DNA from: Catajapyx aquilonaris
Taxonomy: Eukaryota
NCBI GenBank assembly: GCA_000934665.2
Contig: JYFJ02000807.1
Location: 1 to 64,000 of the forward strand
Direction of reading: 5' to 3'
DNA length: 64,000 bases
Made by a program: the position numbers and the translations under genes. Of the stretch, positions 13,693 through 26,919 are shown in pieces (the first letter of the stretch is position 1; the number at the start of each line of letters is the position of its first letter). A model generated the notes under the pieces. That model saw nothing but the letters and a program-made list of their open reading frames with translations, was not told the origin of the DNA and ran no database searches.

Positions 13693-16600
13693 GACCGTCA
13701 CCCCCCAACCCTGCTAGACTCTACCCCAGCCCTAGATACCGACAGGTGACGACAAGGATAATCATAGATGACGTTGCCGATAGAACCTGCCTATCACGCA
13801 TGGAAACCGGCAAGTCGTACATATAAGAGGGGGTGGGGTACACCTAAAGGTGACCTTCTCTACTAGATATATCTATAGTTCGTTGCACGGGACAAGTTAT
13901 TGGAGAGAGAGAGAGAAGCGGGCGACGAAGAGGGGGGTGTCATAAGAGGCCACATCATTATCAGGCTATTATTCAATTAGGTGATGTGAATTGCAGATAG
14001 TGGTTTTAATTGGAGTGCGGAGATTGCAGAGGCCTCATTTGCAAGAAAGGCGAGGGGTTTCAGGAGGGAAATCTGGGCTCGGGGCGTAATAAACTGGGTG
14101 TTAAGATGTGTTTTCAAATACTAATGATGTTATGCAATCTGTATTATAACACGGGTCAAGTTTGACTGGGGTACGTTTAATGCGGTATAATTAACAAAAT
14201 TTAACGAGGTGGTAAAAATAGTAATTATTGGCCATAACACGTGGAGACTGAGTTTCATCATGTACTAATATTCAGTGTGGAAGCTCATTTTTTAAAGCAC
14301 TTTTCAGTTTAGTTGCGACAGGTGGGTAAATCAAGCGCGATCCTTTTCAGTCTAAAGGTTTGAATTTAGTGAGCTCGTGTGTTGCAGCAGTGAAACGCCA
14401 CAATTACCTTAATGGAATCCCGACCTCCATTCCAGCCATTGCCAACCAACTTCATGGAACCAATCTGGAAAATATCCCATCATTCTAGCCGGACGCTCGC
14501 TAAATCCCTTTCAAATTTCTGTATTATCGCCTACTATTTGGAAGTGCGTTTTGACTAATTGCATTAACTATACATAGGTTAATGCGGATCTTAAAGTCGT
14601 GTAGGTTTAGTATAGCACATGCATCAAATATTCCAGGTTGGACATGCGTTGCACGAGTTTCACGGAGCTTGAATGCATGGTGTGCACTGGATGTAGAGCG
14701 TCATGAGCACGTTTCAACAAAAGGGCCGTAACTAGCGTGGCCCAATTAAATGCTGTAATTGTGAAGCGAGCCAATTTGCCATTTTTTGTGACTTACAGCA
14801 TGTTGCTCGCAAATTGCTATTTCAGCAGGAGTGCACAGATTTGATTTTTAATATGACTGGGTAGCCGTGACGCTGATGTCATATGGTTCTGTACGTGAGT
14901 TGGAATGGACATTTCGGCGTACAGTAGTTGCTGATATTATGATTATGATTATTTGCTTTACTTTGTTGTCTTTACTTATGGTTATCCCTCCAGGGAATTA
15001 ATATTTTGATAAAGTCGCCACAGTTTTTAATTATGATGTGTATGGTAACTTTCCTCAGTACTTCATTAACCGAATAATGTTCTGTCTCAGGATCCTGTTT
15101 ATATGCTAGCTATTACTGGGTACATAAAAACATTACTGCTCAGCATTATGGTTGCTAAAATTACAGAGTTGGAACTTTACTGCTTGTGCGAATTTGAGGC
15201 TATATTGCGCCACAGAGGGTAAACAATTTTTTGCAAATGAAAAGATGCGATCTCAATCAAACGTTTCACCACAGTGTGAAGGCTCACTATTATACTACCT
15301 TGCTCTACAAACACATCTGTAAATCCACGTCTGAATGCTACAAATTACTTATGTACGTTTCCGCCTCCTTTTAGGATTCACGAATCTGTTTCACGGTTTA
15401 CTGCTCGTGCCTTTGTAGATCCTCCAAGAATTAATGACAAGACGGTGCTGCTTGCAAACTTCGTAAAAGGTACGAAACTGCAATGCGACACAATTTGCAA
15501 GACTACTAATTTAAGATTCCCGGTGCGAAACAGGACATTATTAATTATGTACATCACGGCGTCTGAGTGTCCTTGTACAGTGCCAGAGACTGTCTTTTAA
15601 GCAAGTTATCAGAACTGTCACTGTTAGTGATGAACTGGAAAATGTTTCACACTGTTTAGCTTGCGACGTATGGTTCCATATTTGCACACTCACATATGAA
15701 AGACTCTGCCTTAGCTCTAATGACATCTACATCATATGGTACGAAAGGAAATGCAAATTAATTCACAACCTCCCCTTAATATTGAGTCACGTTTCCTGCC
15801 AAAGGCGACTTGGATTCTGCAAAGGGCACTGCCGTTTATTTCTTTAGGGTAATGCAATTTTCTGCCTGAAAGGATAACACTCCTGCTCCACTATACGGCG
15901 ACGGTGAATGCGACAAATAATTTAGGGCACAGAGGAGAAACAAAAGAGATGAATTTCTAGAGCTGAGTGAAACCGGAGTCACGTCAGTAGTTCTCTCTAT
16001 TTCTGCCCCGCCTCGGTCTCCATTTACAATTCACGGCTTAATGAGATTGAGGGAACGCCCCCAGGAATTGCAGTACTTTTATTTGCAACAAAAGTCGATT
16101 TTAAAAAAAAGTTGTGAGGGAATTGGACCAACTTTGTTCTGAAATGTTAAAAGGATAGCATTTTGATCTGAATTCGAACTGAATATAAGTTAATGGCATT
16201 GGAAAGTTTAGATGAAGTTTAGATGAAGATTTTTTGTGACGTTAAAATGTTGCATGTTCTTCATGACTATTATGATGAAATTAGTGAAGCAAAAGGCAGG
16301 ATCACACATTCACACTCACTTGCGATCATGGAGAAAACAATCCACAAAATTTCCCCTTCTTCCAATATTATTATTGTGGACTGTCATTTTTGGCACTGGA
16401 GGCTGCCTGTTGGCCATTATAGCTAAAATGTTTCAGATAAGGTACAACTTTCCTTACAAGTCTCAGAAGCAAACTCGATTAAGCAAAGATGATAATTATA
16501 TTTCCTAGTATTTCTGCGATGCGGTTTTTTTGCTTATTCCTTCTAGTGGGTTTTGAAATGAATTCACTTTGAGGTGGCTTATGTAAGGTTTCTTGTTTGA

Positions 16601-19600
16601 CATGTGTAATTATTCCTACAATGCGTTTTAATTTCAGTGCCAGTGGGAATTTGTGGCTTCCTGCTAGTGAAAAATGGCAAAAAAAAATACTTCCTCGCAC
16701 AACGTTCAAATTAAATATTGGGCAAGTTGCGACTCTGCTTATCGTGCAGTTTTATAAACCAAACTCGAAAGAAAATAAAACTGCCAACCTGTATGTACAG
16801 TGCATAAAGCAGAATGCTCCGGTTTCATTAAAATTGGATGGAAACCATACCAGAAAAGCTGTGTATTCATTACTCCAGGGCAAAATAACTTTCCAGGAAA
16901 AGCTGGGTGAAAAGAGCTTTTGTTGCAATACCGCCATTATGAACTGGATGGCAGACAAAAAGAAAAGCTTTGAAATATATTCTTCGCCATTACATAAGGA
17001 TCATAACCATATAATCCCCAAAAATCCGCCGCCCACATACATGCCAACGAATATTCTGAAATAAACCAGCAGCCAGCTGTAAAGCTTACACAAAACTGGG
17101 CAATCGCGTATCCATCACACGAGATTTACAAGGACACGATGAGGAGTCCAATTTAAAGGGAATTAGAGCTTTAGTATGGGGGATTTATAATTCTTACTTG
17201 AGTTCGTTCAACCTTTTTTTTCGGTATTGCAGGTCAGGGATACTCCTGTGTAATCTCAGCTTCAGTAGGTGTATGTATTTCGACTGTGGGTTCTGATTAG
17301 ACCTGTCACGTTCCGCGGCTTAAGAGGTCCTTACTCTATAGAAGTTCATTGGCTTCCCCTTGTTTGTCCTTTTTATGTCAAAAACATTTATAGGACTCTC
17401 GTTCTGATTGATCACTGCGATTCTCAATAGGTAAAATTTGATCATTGTTTATAACTCATCAATTTTTTATGACAGCTACAATATACAGTTGATATAAGCA
17501 TTTCCATGATGAAATTTTGTACGTCAATGTTTTTTGTATGGGTCATTATCCATGCATTTTTTTGTATGTCTGGGAATTTAGCACCATTTTTCACCCTGTT
17601 TGATCCCCGTTACTCATGTGGTCCGCCATGCGTTTCCTGCATATTCATGTTGGATTTCTGGATGTTGTATTGTCGCGGCCAAAAAAAACATATCAATCAT
17701 TAATCACAGCCAATTAATGCTACAATGCCTGGTAAATATCATTATTGGGAAACTAACTGAGCCTCTGAAGTAACAACTCCATGCAAGAAATTACATATTG
17801 ATTTATTCCAAGCTTCGTGTGTGCGCGAATATTTTACTTTGCATCGCATAACCTGACATTAGGCCCTACTAGTTGACACAACTAGCTCAATGGCAAGGGT
17901 ACAATCTTTATCTGAAACAACAGGTCTTCATGATAGAGTCCAATATAATTTGATCATAACCTAGTGATATGAAATAATAGTGAAAAAAGTACGATAAGCC
18001 GAATGAGGATACGAGGAGAGACCTTGACTAACGATATAAAGAGATGACAGCTGGTGGTTAGTCACTGCTGAGAAATCACAATATGCTGTCCAGCTAACAG
18101 GTGTCAGTTCAGGTCAGTGATCCTATTTCCTAGAAATTTCCCAACGCTTCCACTTGAAACCTGAGAATGCCAGGAAAATGATGAAGCCAATAAACAGCAG
18201 GTGCACAACTTCTGCCTTGAAATAATGACAAAGGGCCGGCCGGAAATCCTATACGCTTGATTGTTGGTGGCATGCAGGCTTTGCTTTGATCTGAATTACG
18301 CACCTGCCATGAAAAATTACACGTGCAGGACAATGCATTGGCACGCCTTCGCATGGGGAACACTGCACAATACGAATGCGTGCGGTGACTGTACAGTCAG
18401 ATCGCCTCTAATGTGTTGCAATCACTTTTGCGAAATCTGAGTCAAGCGTAGTGACGTATCATGTCCTTGATTCGATGCTCATAGCTCATCTCCTAGGTTT
18501 TCTGATTGGTCTATTATATACGAGTAGTACCTGGACCTACCTTTACATATTTTCATCTAACTCCTGACTGTCAGACAATCATGTCATTCAGATATTATAC
18601 TATTTTGATTTGACCTTGTTGAATCGGTACTACTAGATCTGAATCTGAAGTGTGTGGAGCCACGCGATGCAATATTACTCTTACATCACTGTCACAATAT
18701 GGTGTAAGGGTTGCGGCCATTTCAGGATGTTTAGTGTCTCCTGTGGCGAAGGTTCATCAGTAAAGATAAGCTGAAATACAGCACTATAAGACTATACCTC
18801 GTAAATTTCGCCTTCTGGAATGACTGCCGAAGATGCGTAGATGAATAAATTATGCCGCATGGCTTGTTTACCTCAGCAGTCAAACCAGTGTAACAAGCAA
18901 CAAGTTGAAATGATCAATCAGGACGGTATTTACTTGTCATGATTGTTGCTGCTCATTAAGAGTGTTTCTGGAGTAATCCCCACGGCAGTATTGAACTGTT
19001 GACTCGAGCCATGCACCAGGCAATGAAAGTACTGCTACATTCGCTATGATTTACTCAAGGGCACTATGTACTGTTGCTAAGAATTGGTGCGGTTATGTCA
19101 ATATATTTTATTAAAAAGGTACTGTTTCAGTCATGGGTACTAAGAGGCATTATAATTTGCATATATTTGCCTGTCAATTTACTGCCTCTCACTACAAGAG
19201 GGGATTAAGTATAGGAGAATACTAAAGTTAAGCAAATAGGTGGCACTGAAGCCTACTCCTCCTGTTATCTAATCAGGGCGATTAAAAATAAGTTACTGAA
19301 GTAGTTAAGCAAGAACTATTGTAGGTATTAATTCCCCTTACTCTTACGTAATTCTAATACGTTTCAAGCATAATTATTTTCGACACATCCAACAGCTCTC
19401 TAAACCTCAAACATACAGTAAATCACACACATGAATATTAACATTTCCACAGTAAGGCAAACACAATTCAAGACCACTGCCGGAAGTCCTTATTAAACCT
19501 CCGGGCTTGCCTTAGCGCACGCAGCACTTACCCCCTACTAAATTATATCTCGTAAGCGCGAATTAATTTTCACCGCTGTTTGCTCCTTGGTCCGTGCACA

Positions 19601-22457
19601 CCCAGCTGAAGGATTGAACTTGAAGTCCTACGAGCACTAGACTAATCTCCCTCTTCCCGGATAAGACTCGGCGGTCGAAATCCGGGCAGTGAAAGAGGAT
19701 GGGAGAATCTCTTTACACCGGGTAAGAAGGGGCTGGAGGAATCTGCTGGATTCAAGCCAACCACTCATCCTGCCACCTCAATCCCTGGGACGATTTTCTT
19801 AGAAATTCTGACAATTGGAAGAGCAGAATAGTGGGATTTCACTCCAGGAGGCGAAGTGAATGAATGAAGCGTAATAATGATGGGAGATGGGAAGATTTGT
19901 TACTTTAAAAAATGTTGAAGTACGTACAGTATGATGGTTCTCTTGGGACTTATCTTTAATACACCTAAGGGTGGAGTTGAAGAAAATACTCAATGTGGGT
20001 GATTATGAAACATTATCGGGAAGGTATACCTACACGCCTTGAGACAAAAGCTATTGCAGAAGGTATTGATAATGCCTGCGAGCTGTGAAACTGAGGAAGT
20101 AACTAAGGCAAACAAACAGGCTGTCTGCAGCAGCCAATCAAGTTTCATTTTTGATTCTTTCTACACTCTCTGACGTCACAGCCCGCGGACATGTTCAGTT
20201 CATAACAGATGCACTGGTAATTTCGTACAGATTTGACTGAAGAATGTGAAAATAAGTGCATACATGATTTTTCTTGTTACGATTTTACTACATATAGCAT
20301 TTAATTTTAAATCTCTCTGAGACTCAAATGACGTCAGCACCTCAAGGCGAATATTGCGCTATAGACTTTTTGCAAACCTCCATTATTTAAAAATTGGAAA
20401 CCGATTCAGGCTAGTTAGAAGAAGAAAATTCTGGCTCCAACTGGTTACAGACGGCTGGATCTAAACTGGATTGAAGGAAACGAGCGCATGATTGGTGAAG
20501 TGACAGCAAGGTTGTTGAATCACTGATGCCTGAATCCCGTTCAATCCGCCACGGTGTAAACATCCTTGACAATCTCAAGATTTTGTGCGTTCACCAGAGT
20601 GACACGTGCCGTTTGTTACGAACCAAAGTGGCCACTTTGTCACTTGCCACTTGTTGCTTCAGGGCGAGAGTCAGCAGTGGAAGTGAAATTGCAGACTCCG
20701 TCAAGCCTGTAGTACCTAATGCAAACCTAAGAGCGGTTTCACACTGCACTAATACCTAACCTTCCAAAAACCTATATAGACTCTGCTAGATCGATACAAT
20801 AAACTGGGGGAACGCCAATATTGGAAACCACTTCATTTCTTTCGCCAATGTTCACCTTTCATCCTCTCCAAAAGCCAATACCAAGAAATCGACTCCTTTC
20901 TTGAAACAAAAAAAATGAAAACCTGTTCCCACACTGAAAGCATGTCTATTGCAGAAGAGGCCTAGATGTTGAAGATAACTGATTGAGTTATCCTGTGGCA
21001 TGATACGGGCATGGAGTAAGTGTGCAGTGTCCTTGCCCCTTCGAGACACTTCTGAGACTATCGGGGATTGGATTCAAGTGTTAAAACTGATAGGAACCAT
21101 GTCAGAGACCACTTTAAAATTCACAATTAGGGGCTGAGCCCTTCGGAAGAAAATTTGCACTACCTTGAGCCATAAGGTTACTGATATACTATGCAGGGAG
21201 TGGTTGCTGCAAGTGGCAGATAAGGCTATTTTTTGGTCTGTGACGCGACGAGCAAAATCTTATGTATGAGGAAATTGTATCCTTGAAAACCATCCTCAGT
21301 GAGGAAGTCCAGATTAATTTGGTCGACATGTGTCACTGTCCAGATATGTGTTGATAGCAGAACATCTGTCATTTTGCCGATTGTGACATAATATCTCTCT
21401 AGCGGAATAAACTTGGCGATTACAATATAAGCCCTATGATCTACTGTATATGCAAATATGTGCAATAAAACTCATTGAAATAATGTGACAGGCTATGCTT
21501 TTCAGGTGCGGTAATTTGTTTTCTACTTGCAAATTAAGAATTTTCTCACATATCCAGATGTTTGTAAATTCACCACGTGTAGTAGCCTATCAATACCAGT
21601 AGTGAGCTTTAATTACAAGCAAATTAGGCCTGACTTCGTTAAAACAACAGTATAACGATCATTTTACTCGCTTATTTTGCCTCGCCCTGTTTTTCCCATC
21701 GTATAATCACCTTATTGCACTAATCAGCTTGATTTAATGGATGATTCGCATTTGGGCGTTAATAAGCACGTCTTGCGGCCATGGAAAAGTGTAAAGTTTG
21801 CCCCTCTGGTTATCATTCGCTTCAAATATCCCTTAATCCGGGATGCCATCCTTTCTCCCAAATCCGGACTCGGAGCACATCTGCAGAGTCCGAAGTTTTC
21901 GTAATCGATACTCAAAAGAACTTGATGCCTACGGCTTCAAGCCAGGAGAGATTGCTTGGCTCACTCTCGAGTTTTCTGATATTGAGACTCGCAACCCAAC
22001 TTGGCTGCAAGGGTTTTTTCCTTTTCTCCCTCCTCCGTTTTCGGAGATCATGTTATTCAGAGTTCAGATCAAATGACTCGCTGCTGCACTGGTAATTCTG
22101 GCATTACATTGCAACACTAGTTACACGAGTCCCTATATGCATTATTTGGCGAATACGAGACTATAATATAATATTTTTTTACCATATCCTGCCACTGAAC
22201 CTGCCGTAGTGCCGGTTACATGAAAACAAGTATAAAATAAAATTGATATGTGCACTTATTTATATTATAAAAATTTGCGATTTATTACGATTATACGAGT
22301 ATCAAAGGGTACTAGTGAATACAGTGTTTCGCAGTAACATTACTCATTGAGTAGTTGCAGAACTAGCGCGTAAAGATAGGCTCCTTAATTTTTTAGATTT
22401 GTTCTAGAAAAGGTTGTAAAATGCCCAGAGGTAGTTCTTTAAAAATGAAGTACAATA

Positions 22458-22741
22458 GGGGCGGCATGGTGGTCTAGCGGATACGCCGCTGGCCAGCCAA
22501 GCGGGAGGCCGGGGTTCAAATCCCGTCCCCGTCACCTCTGCTTGGCCGGGTCTTTTTCCGCTTTTCACCCGACATGCCGGGGCAGAATTGCACTCCCTAC
22601 TCTGCCCGGGGCCAGCAGAAAAGGTCTGGTGTATTTCACAAAGTCAGAAGTGACAAAAAATTACAGCGCCCTCCCTTGGGAACCTCCCCTTCCCCCCTAA
22701 GAGGGCCACGAGCTCTATCACGGAGTTATAATAATAATAAC

Positions 22742-22789
<48 letters not shown>

Positions 22790-22790
22790 C
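22458..22790 (+). mobile_element. tRNA(Gly)-like SINE with (TAA)n tail
   Basis: Head GGCATGGTGGTCTAGCGG...GCCAAGCGGGAGGCCGGGGTTCAAATCCCG resembles tRNA-Gly(GCC); followed by the shared 3' stem-loop and (TAA)n. Confidence 0.85.
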
Positions 22791-23126
22791 GTGAGGGGAG
22801 CTGTGGTGGCCGTGATGGTAACGTCACGGCTTGCTGAGTGAAAGGCCCCAGGTTCGATCCCCGCCTGGGGAACTTCCTTTCACCTGCGTCGGGAGGGTCT
22901 CTGACCTGCACCAAGGAGGTGTCTGGCAACCTAACCTCCTGGGGGACTGCACATGGCCCAAAAGCCATAGGACAATGCACCTGCACAAGTGTCCCCTCCC
23001 CAACAATCCCTTTCCCTACCCTATATCCTAGTATTCCTTGCACGGAGTTTGAAGTTAATTGAAAAACTGTATGGTGGTCTACCACCCCCCTAAACGAGCC
23101 GAAGGCTCGAGCACGGGGTATCAATA

Positions 23127-23186
<60 letters not shown>
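22791..23186 (+). mobile_element. tRNA-derived SINE (second family) inserted at the tail of the preceding SINE
   Basis: A box TGGCCGTGATGG and B box GGTTCGATCCC. The 5' ~165 bp is nearly identical to the copy at 54075. AATAATAAAC occurs on both sides, consistent with a TSD within the previous tail. Confidence 0.85.
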
Positions 23187-24240
23187 CTCGCAGTTTACTG
23201 CCTGCTTTCAAGATTTAAAAGGTAGGCTAGAGATGAATGCATTTATGCAGATAAATATAAAATCTTTCTGTACACAGAAAAGTTAAGTGTTCATTAAAGA
23301 CCTGAATATCATTGTCCTTCTAAGGCCTGGTTATATGGGACAAAACAAAAGTTTTGCAACATAATTCTAGGTAAACCTCCCGAGTCCCGACAGAGTACTC
23401 CTTGGGCCAATACAAGTATACAGTACTGGTAATTAATATCGTAAGGATGAGACATGTTGCAACAGTAGACAGCGATGACGAAAACGCGTGTCACGGGCTT
23501 TGCCAGAGAGCTATGCCTACTTTGCAGGATAAGATGTCATAAGCGTTTGTCTAATGTTGTGGAAGAAAGGTTACGCAATTTGGCAGTACAATATATTAGA
23601 GTATTAGACTATACTTTTCACTCCCAAAGTAGTACTGAACGGCAAGCTCTTACTGACATTTCACGTGCAATAGGTCCAATACCATACTTGAAGAAAGGCT
23701 TGTCATGCACTGTGTGTTGGTATGTCATCTGTATAGAACTGTACTGTACACTGTATATAATAGAACTCTAAAATCTTACGTTTTAAGACCAAATGGTGAG
23801 AAATAGTAGCCTACACCTGTGGTGCAACAGGCCGCGTCCACTGAGTCATCTTCACATAATTACTCTTCAGATTAACTCACACTTTCAGACCAAGTTGAAT
23901 GAACATCCTCACTTTGCTTACACACAAGTTCTAATCAGACTAGAAGCAATGATATTCTGATCCTTTAATCCCCTTGACATGAGTAGAAATGGTGTGAAGT
24001 TATGATTTCCTAGTTCTTCTGTAAAATGGCACTAGGAAATATCGACTGGGAAACTTCATGCCGCCATTAAAATAGATGCTGCCATTATAAAAATAATGTA
24101 GACATTTATTTTTCTTTCTAAAAGCTTGCTACAAGTATTCTGCTTAATATGGCACCTAATACAACAATACTGTACAAGAGTGTACAACAACAGTCAACAA
24201 ATAGGAAATTGTTGCAAATTCATCCTCTTACAATAATTAT

Positions 24241-26919
24241 TTAAGGTGGCTTATCAGTTGCACTAATTGTTCCTGGAAAAGCCAGCTGACTGTAATTTGG
24301 TGGTGGATCCTCCGGAAAAAGACTATCGTAAGTGGGTGGCACATCCGGAGTAGATCCGAACACTCGCCCATTAGACGCAGTCAAATTACAGTTGGCAATA
24401 ATGGGCTGGTACAACACAGTGACCGAAATAGTTGGGGTCAAACGAGGCGAAGACGGCGCTGGGACATTCACTTGATGCAAGGAATGTGATCTGTGGTGCT
24501 GGCTTGTCCCAAGACACCCCGAGCTCAGTTCAACCGAGTCGGCGTAAGAATCATCTCGAGTGGTGGACAACACCACTCTTCTTCGGTTACACAATACTCC
24601 GTCGATGTGCAGGAGACGCTTCCATCGCAGCATGAGGAGGATTATAACCAGGAGGATGCTGATGACTGCCAGCCACACTCCCATTAGGATGGTACTGGTA
24701 CTAAAGGACCAGTTCAAACCATGACCTGAAGTAGAAGTTAGGGAAATAATTTACAAGGGCTTGCAACTTACATAATAAATTATTGTAGCTGCTTAACAAC
24801 TTTTTGATGACGTGAGTTTGCGCTATACTCTAAGGGCACTTGTTCTCTCATTTTATCCCGGATTAGTTTTAAAAATGAATTGCACTTTTACTTGTCAAGA
24901 TAAAGTGCCTCTAAAGTCTAGGAATAGATATGCCGCCCTTGATTGAAAGTGCTGGTTAAGTGCAGATAGATGAGGTGCACTTTAGTCATGAGGTGGCAAT
25001 TTCAAATTAGAAAAAAAGGTAAGTGGCACTTACGGGGAACAAAAGTTAGGTAACAAGATTAGAAGATTTGATAATGGTTACTGGACAATTCTATTTAAAG
25101 GTCATGAGTCATGGATTTAAATTTATAGGTGGTGTGATTGATTTTGTAACATGATGACTTTAAGACCTTTCGGTAAAATTTTCCAGTAATTGAAGAATGA
25201 GAATAAGGATGCGGATCTAATGACTAATGGATGATACCATTTTAATGTTGGCAGATAAGACTGCCCTTTTGACCAAACGTGTCTACATCTGACCTGAACA
25301 TCCGAACTCATCCGTGTGATGAAGAAATCCGCAGTTTTGATGCCCATCGCATTGGAGGTCACCCCAAATGCAATGAGGTTGAGTCATTTCATGCAAACTG
25401 TACGGTGGGCTGTAACACCTATGCTGATGCTCCAAGCACTGCCCGTAACCTGAAACAGTCAGTCAATAAGCAGTGTGTTCAATAATTGGAATTATTTTCA
25501 AGTGGACCTTACTGCCATGGTTGTATGCGGTGACCACGACGGTGAACCCAGAGTGAGGTCCCCAGTCCATACGTTGCCACCTTTCTGACCCGTTTCGGCT
25601 GATCACAACCCTGAGGGACAGTTCTGATCCTTCGCATTTCTTCTCGTGGTCTGTTCCAGGACAGTAGCCCACTAGGCTTCTGAGGGGACCTCGAAAGCCT
25701 TCTATTCCGACTGACCATTTGCCACAAAGTTGCTGAGGATTTACTTGCAGAACTTGGACCTGAAGATAAATTGGAATAATATATTACTACTGTGTTTGTG
25801 ACATTACAAACCGAACCAAGTACCGATCGGATGGCTGAACTTTTTCTGACGCATATGACGTACTGTACAGTACATGTACGAATCATTATTCTGGATAACA
25901 TTTATTATGTACATTGATTAATTGCTACAATATCGAGATTATGATAAGCTGACCACTGCAACAATAGGCCTATATAAGTTCACCTGGTTTGCGTCACCGG
26001 CATTTTGAACGTGTTAGAGTTAGCGGCTGAATATTCAAATTGTTACAATCTGCAATGCATTAGCTGTAACAAACCACCAAGTATGGATGACAAGAGCATT
26101 TGTTCACTGCATGCTATTAATAACTTTTTTAATCTCTGAAATCGATTTTACTCCCGCCGAATAGCAACCTTGAAACACACAAATTGCGAAGGATATATAC
26201 AGCCCACTCAGAAAGAGAAGTCGATTCATCAATGATAAGCAAGACACGTAATATGTACGATAAGAAACCCACAAACGGATCCGACCATTACAAAGCTTGC
26301 AATTGACCTTTGCTGACTCAGGTCACTTACCTCTAAGTAGTCTAGACAGTAATCAGAAGCCCATCGGTGGTTGGCCTGGTCTCGAAACTGTCTCATATCC
26401 ATGTCTTCCACAACAGCAACAATCCCTTGAAATTTTGCCGACACTTTCACCCGACAATCCATGGGTCGAAACGAGTAGGTCTGATGCCTAGTTAAATAAA
26501 TGACTGCTGCAGATGCAGATCCAGAGCCCAGCTCCACATGTCTGCTATCATTGTGGACGGCACATAATTCGTCCATATAATCTACAAGTTGAATTAGAGA
26601 ACCAATTATACACTAATATTAGGCCTATATTATAATCTCCCCACATGTGTTAGCATCTTTCAGTTGGCAAATTTTAGAATTATTGGAATTTAAATTTTAG
26701 GTATGACATACTCGTTGCATATATGTCAATTGGCTACGACATTCGCATATAATTATTGCGTTGGTTATGTCACTATTATAGAGTAAGAAGGTACTTACAA
26801 ATACGGTATGATCCAACAATGTCCAGGACGATTAGGAACGATAGCAAAATGTGCGTATCCAGCAAGATCCGAGCTCGTGTCAGGTCAAGCAGTACCAATG
26901 CGTGCAAGTGCAGTGCCAT
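24241..26919 (-). CDS. Cluster gene B: signal/CUB-like/LDLa/TM receptor with two PPxY motifs (most intact member)
   Basis: Exons 26919-26799, 26581-26331, 25759-25513, 25449-25294, 24725-24241 (phases 1,0,1,1; GT-AG; open frame). CUB-like motifs C...VVEDMDMR...CLDYLEV...LCG...GFTVVVTAY. Six-Cys LDLa CLEHQHRC...CIWGDLQCDGHQNCGFLHHTDEFGC. TM ILMGVWLAVISILLVIILLML. Tail PPTYDSLF, PPNYSQL. Confidence 0.88.

Noticed and set aside
13700..22400. Further cluster paralogs or other genes in the long gap between genes A and B
   Set aside because: I found no exon with the family motifs or a coherent splice chain; short or non-coding exons cannot be excluded by eye.
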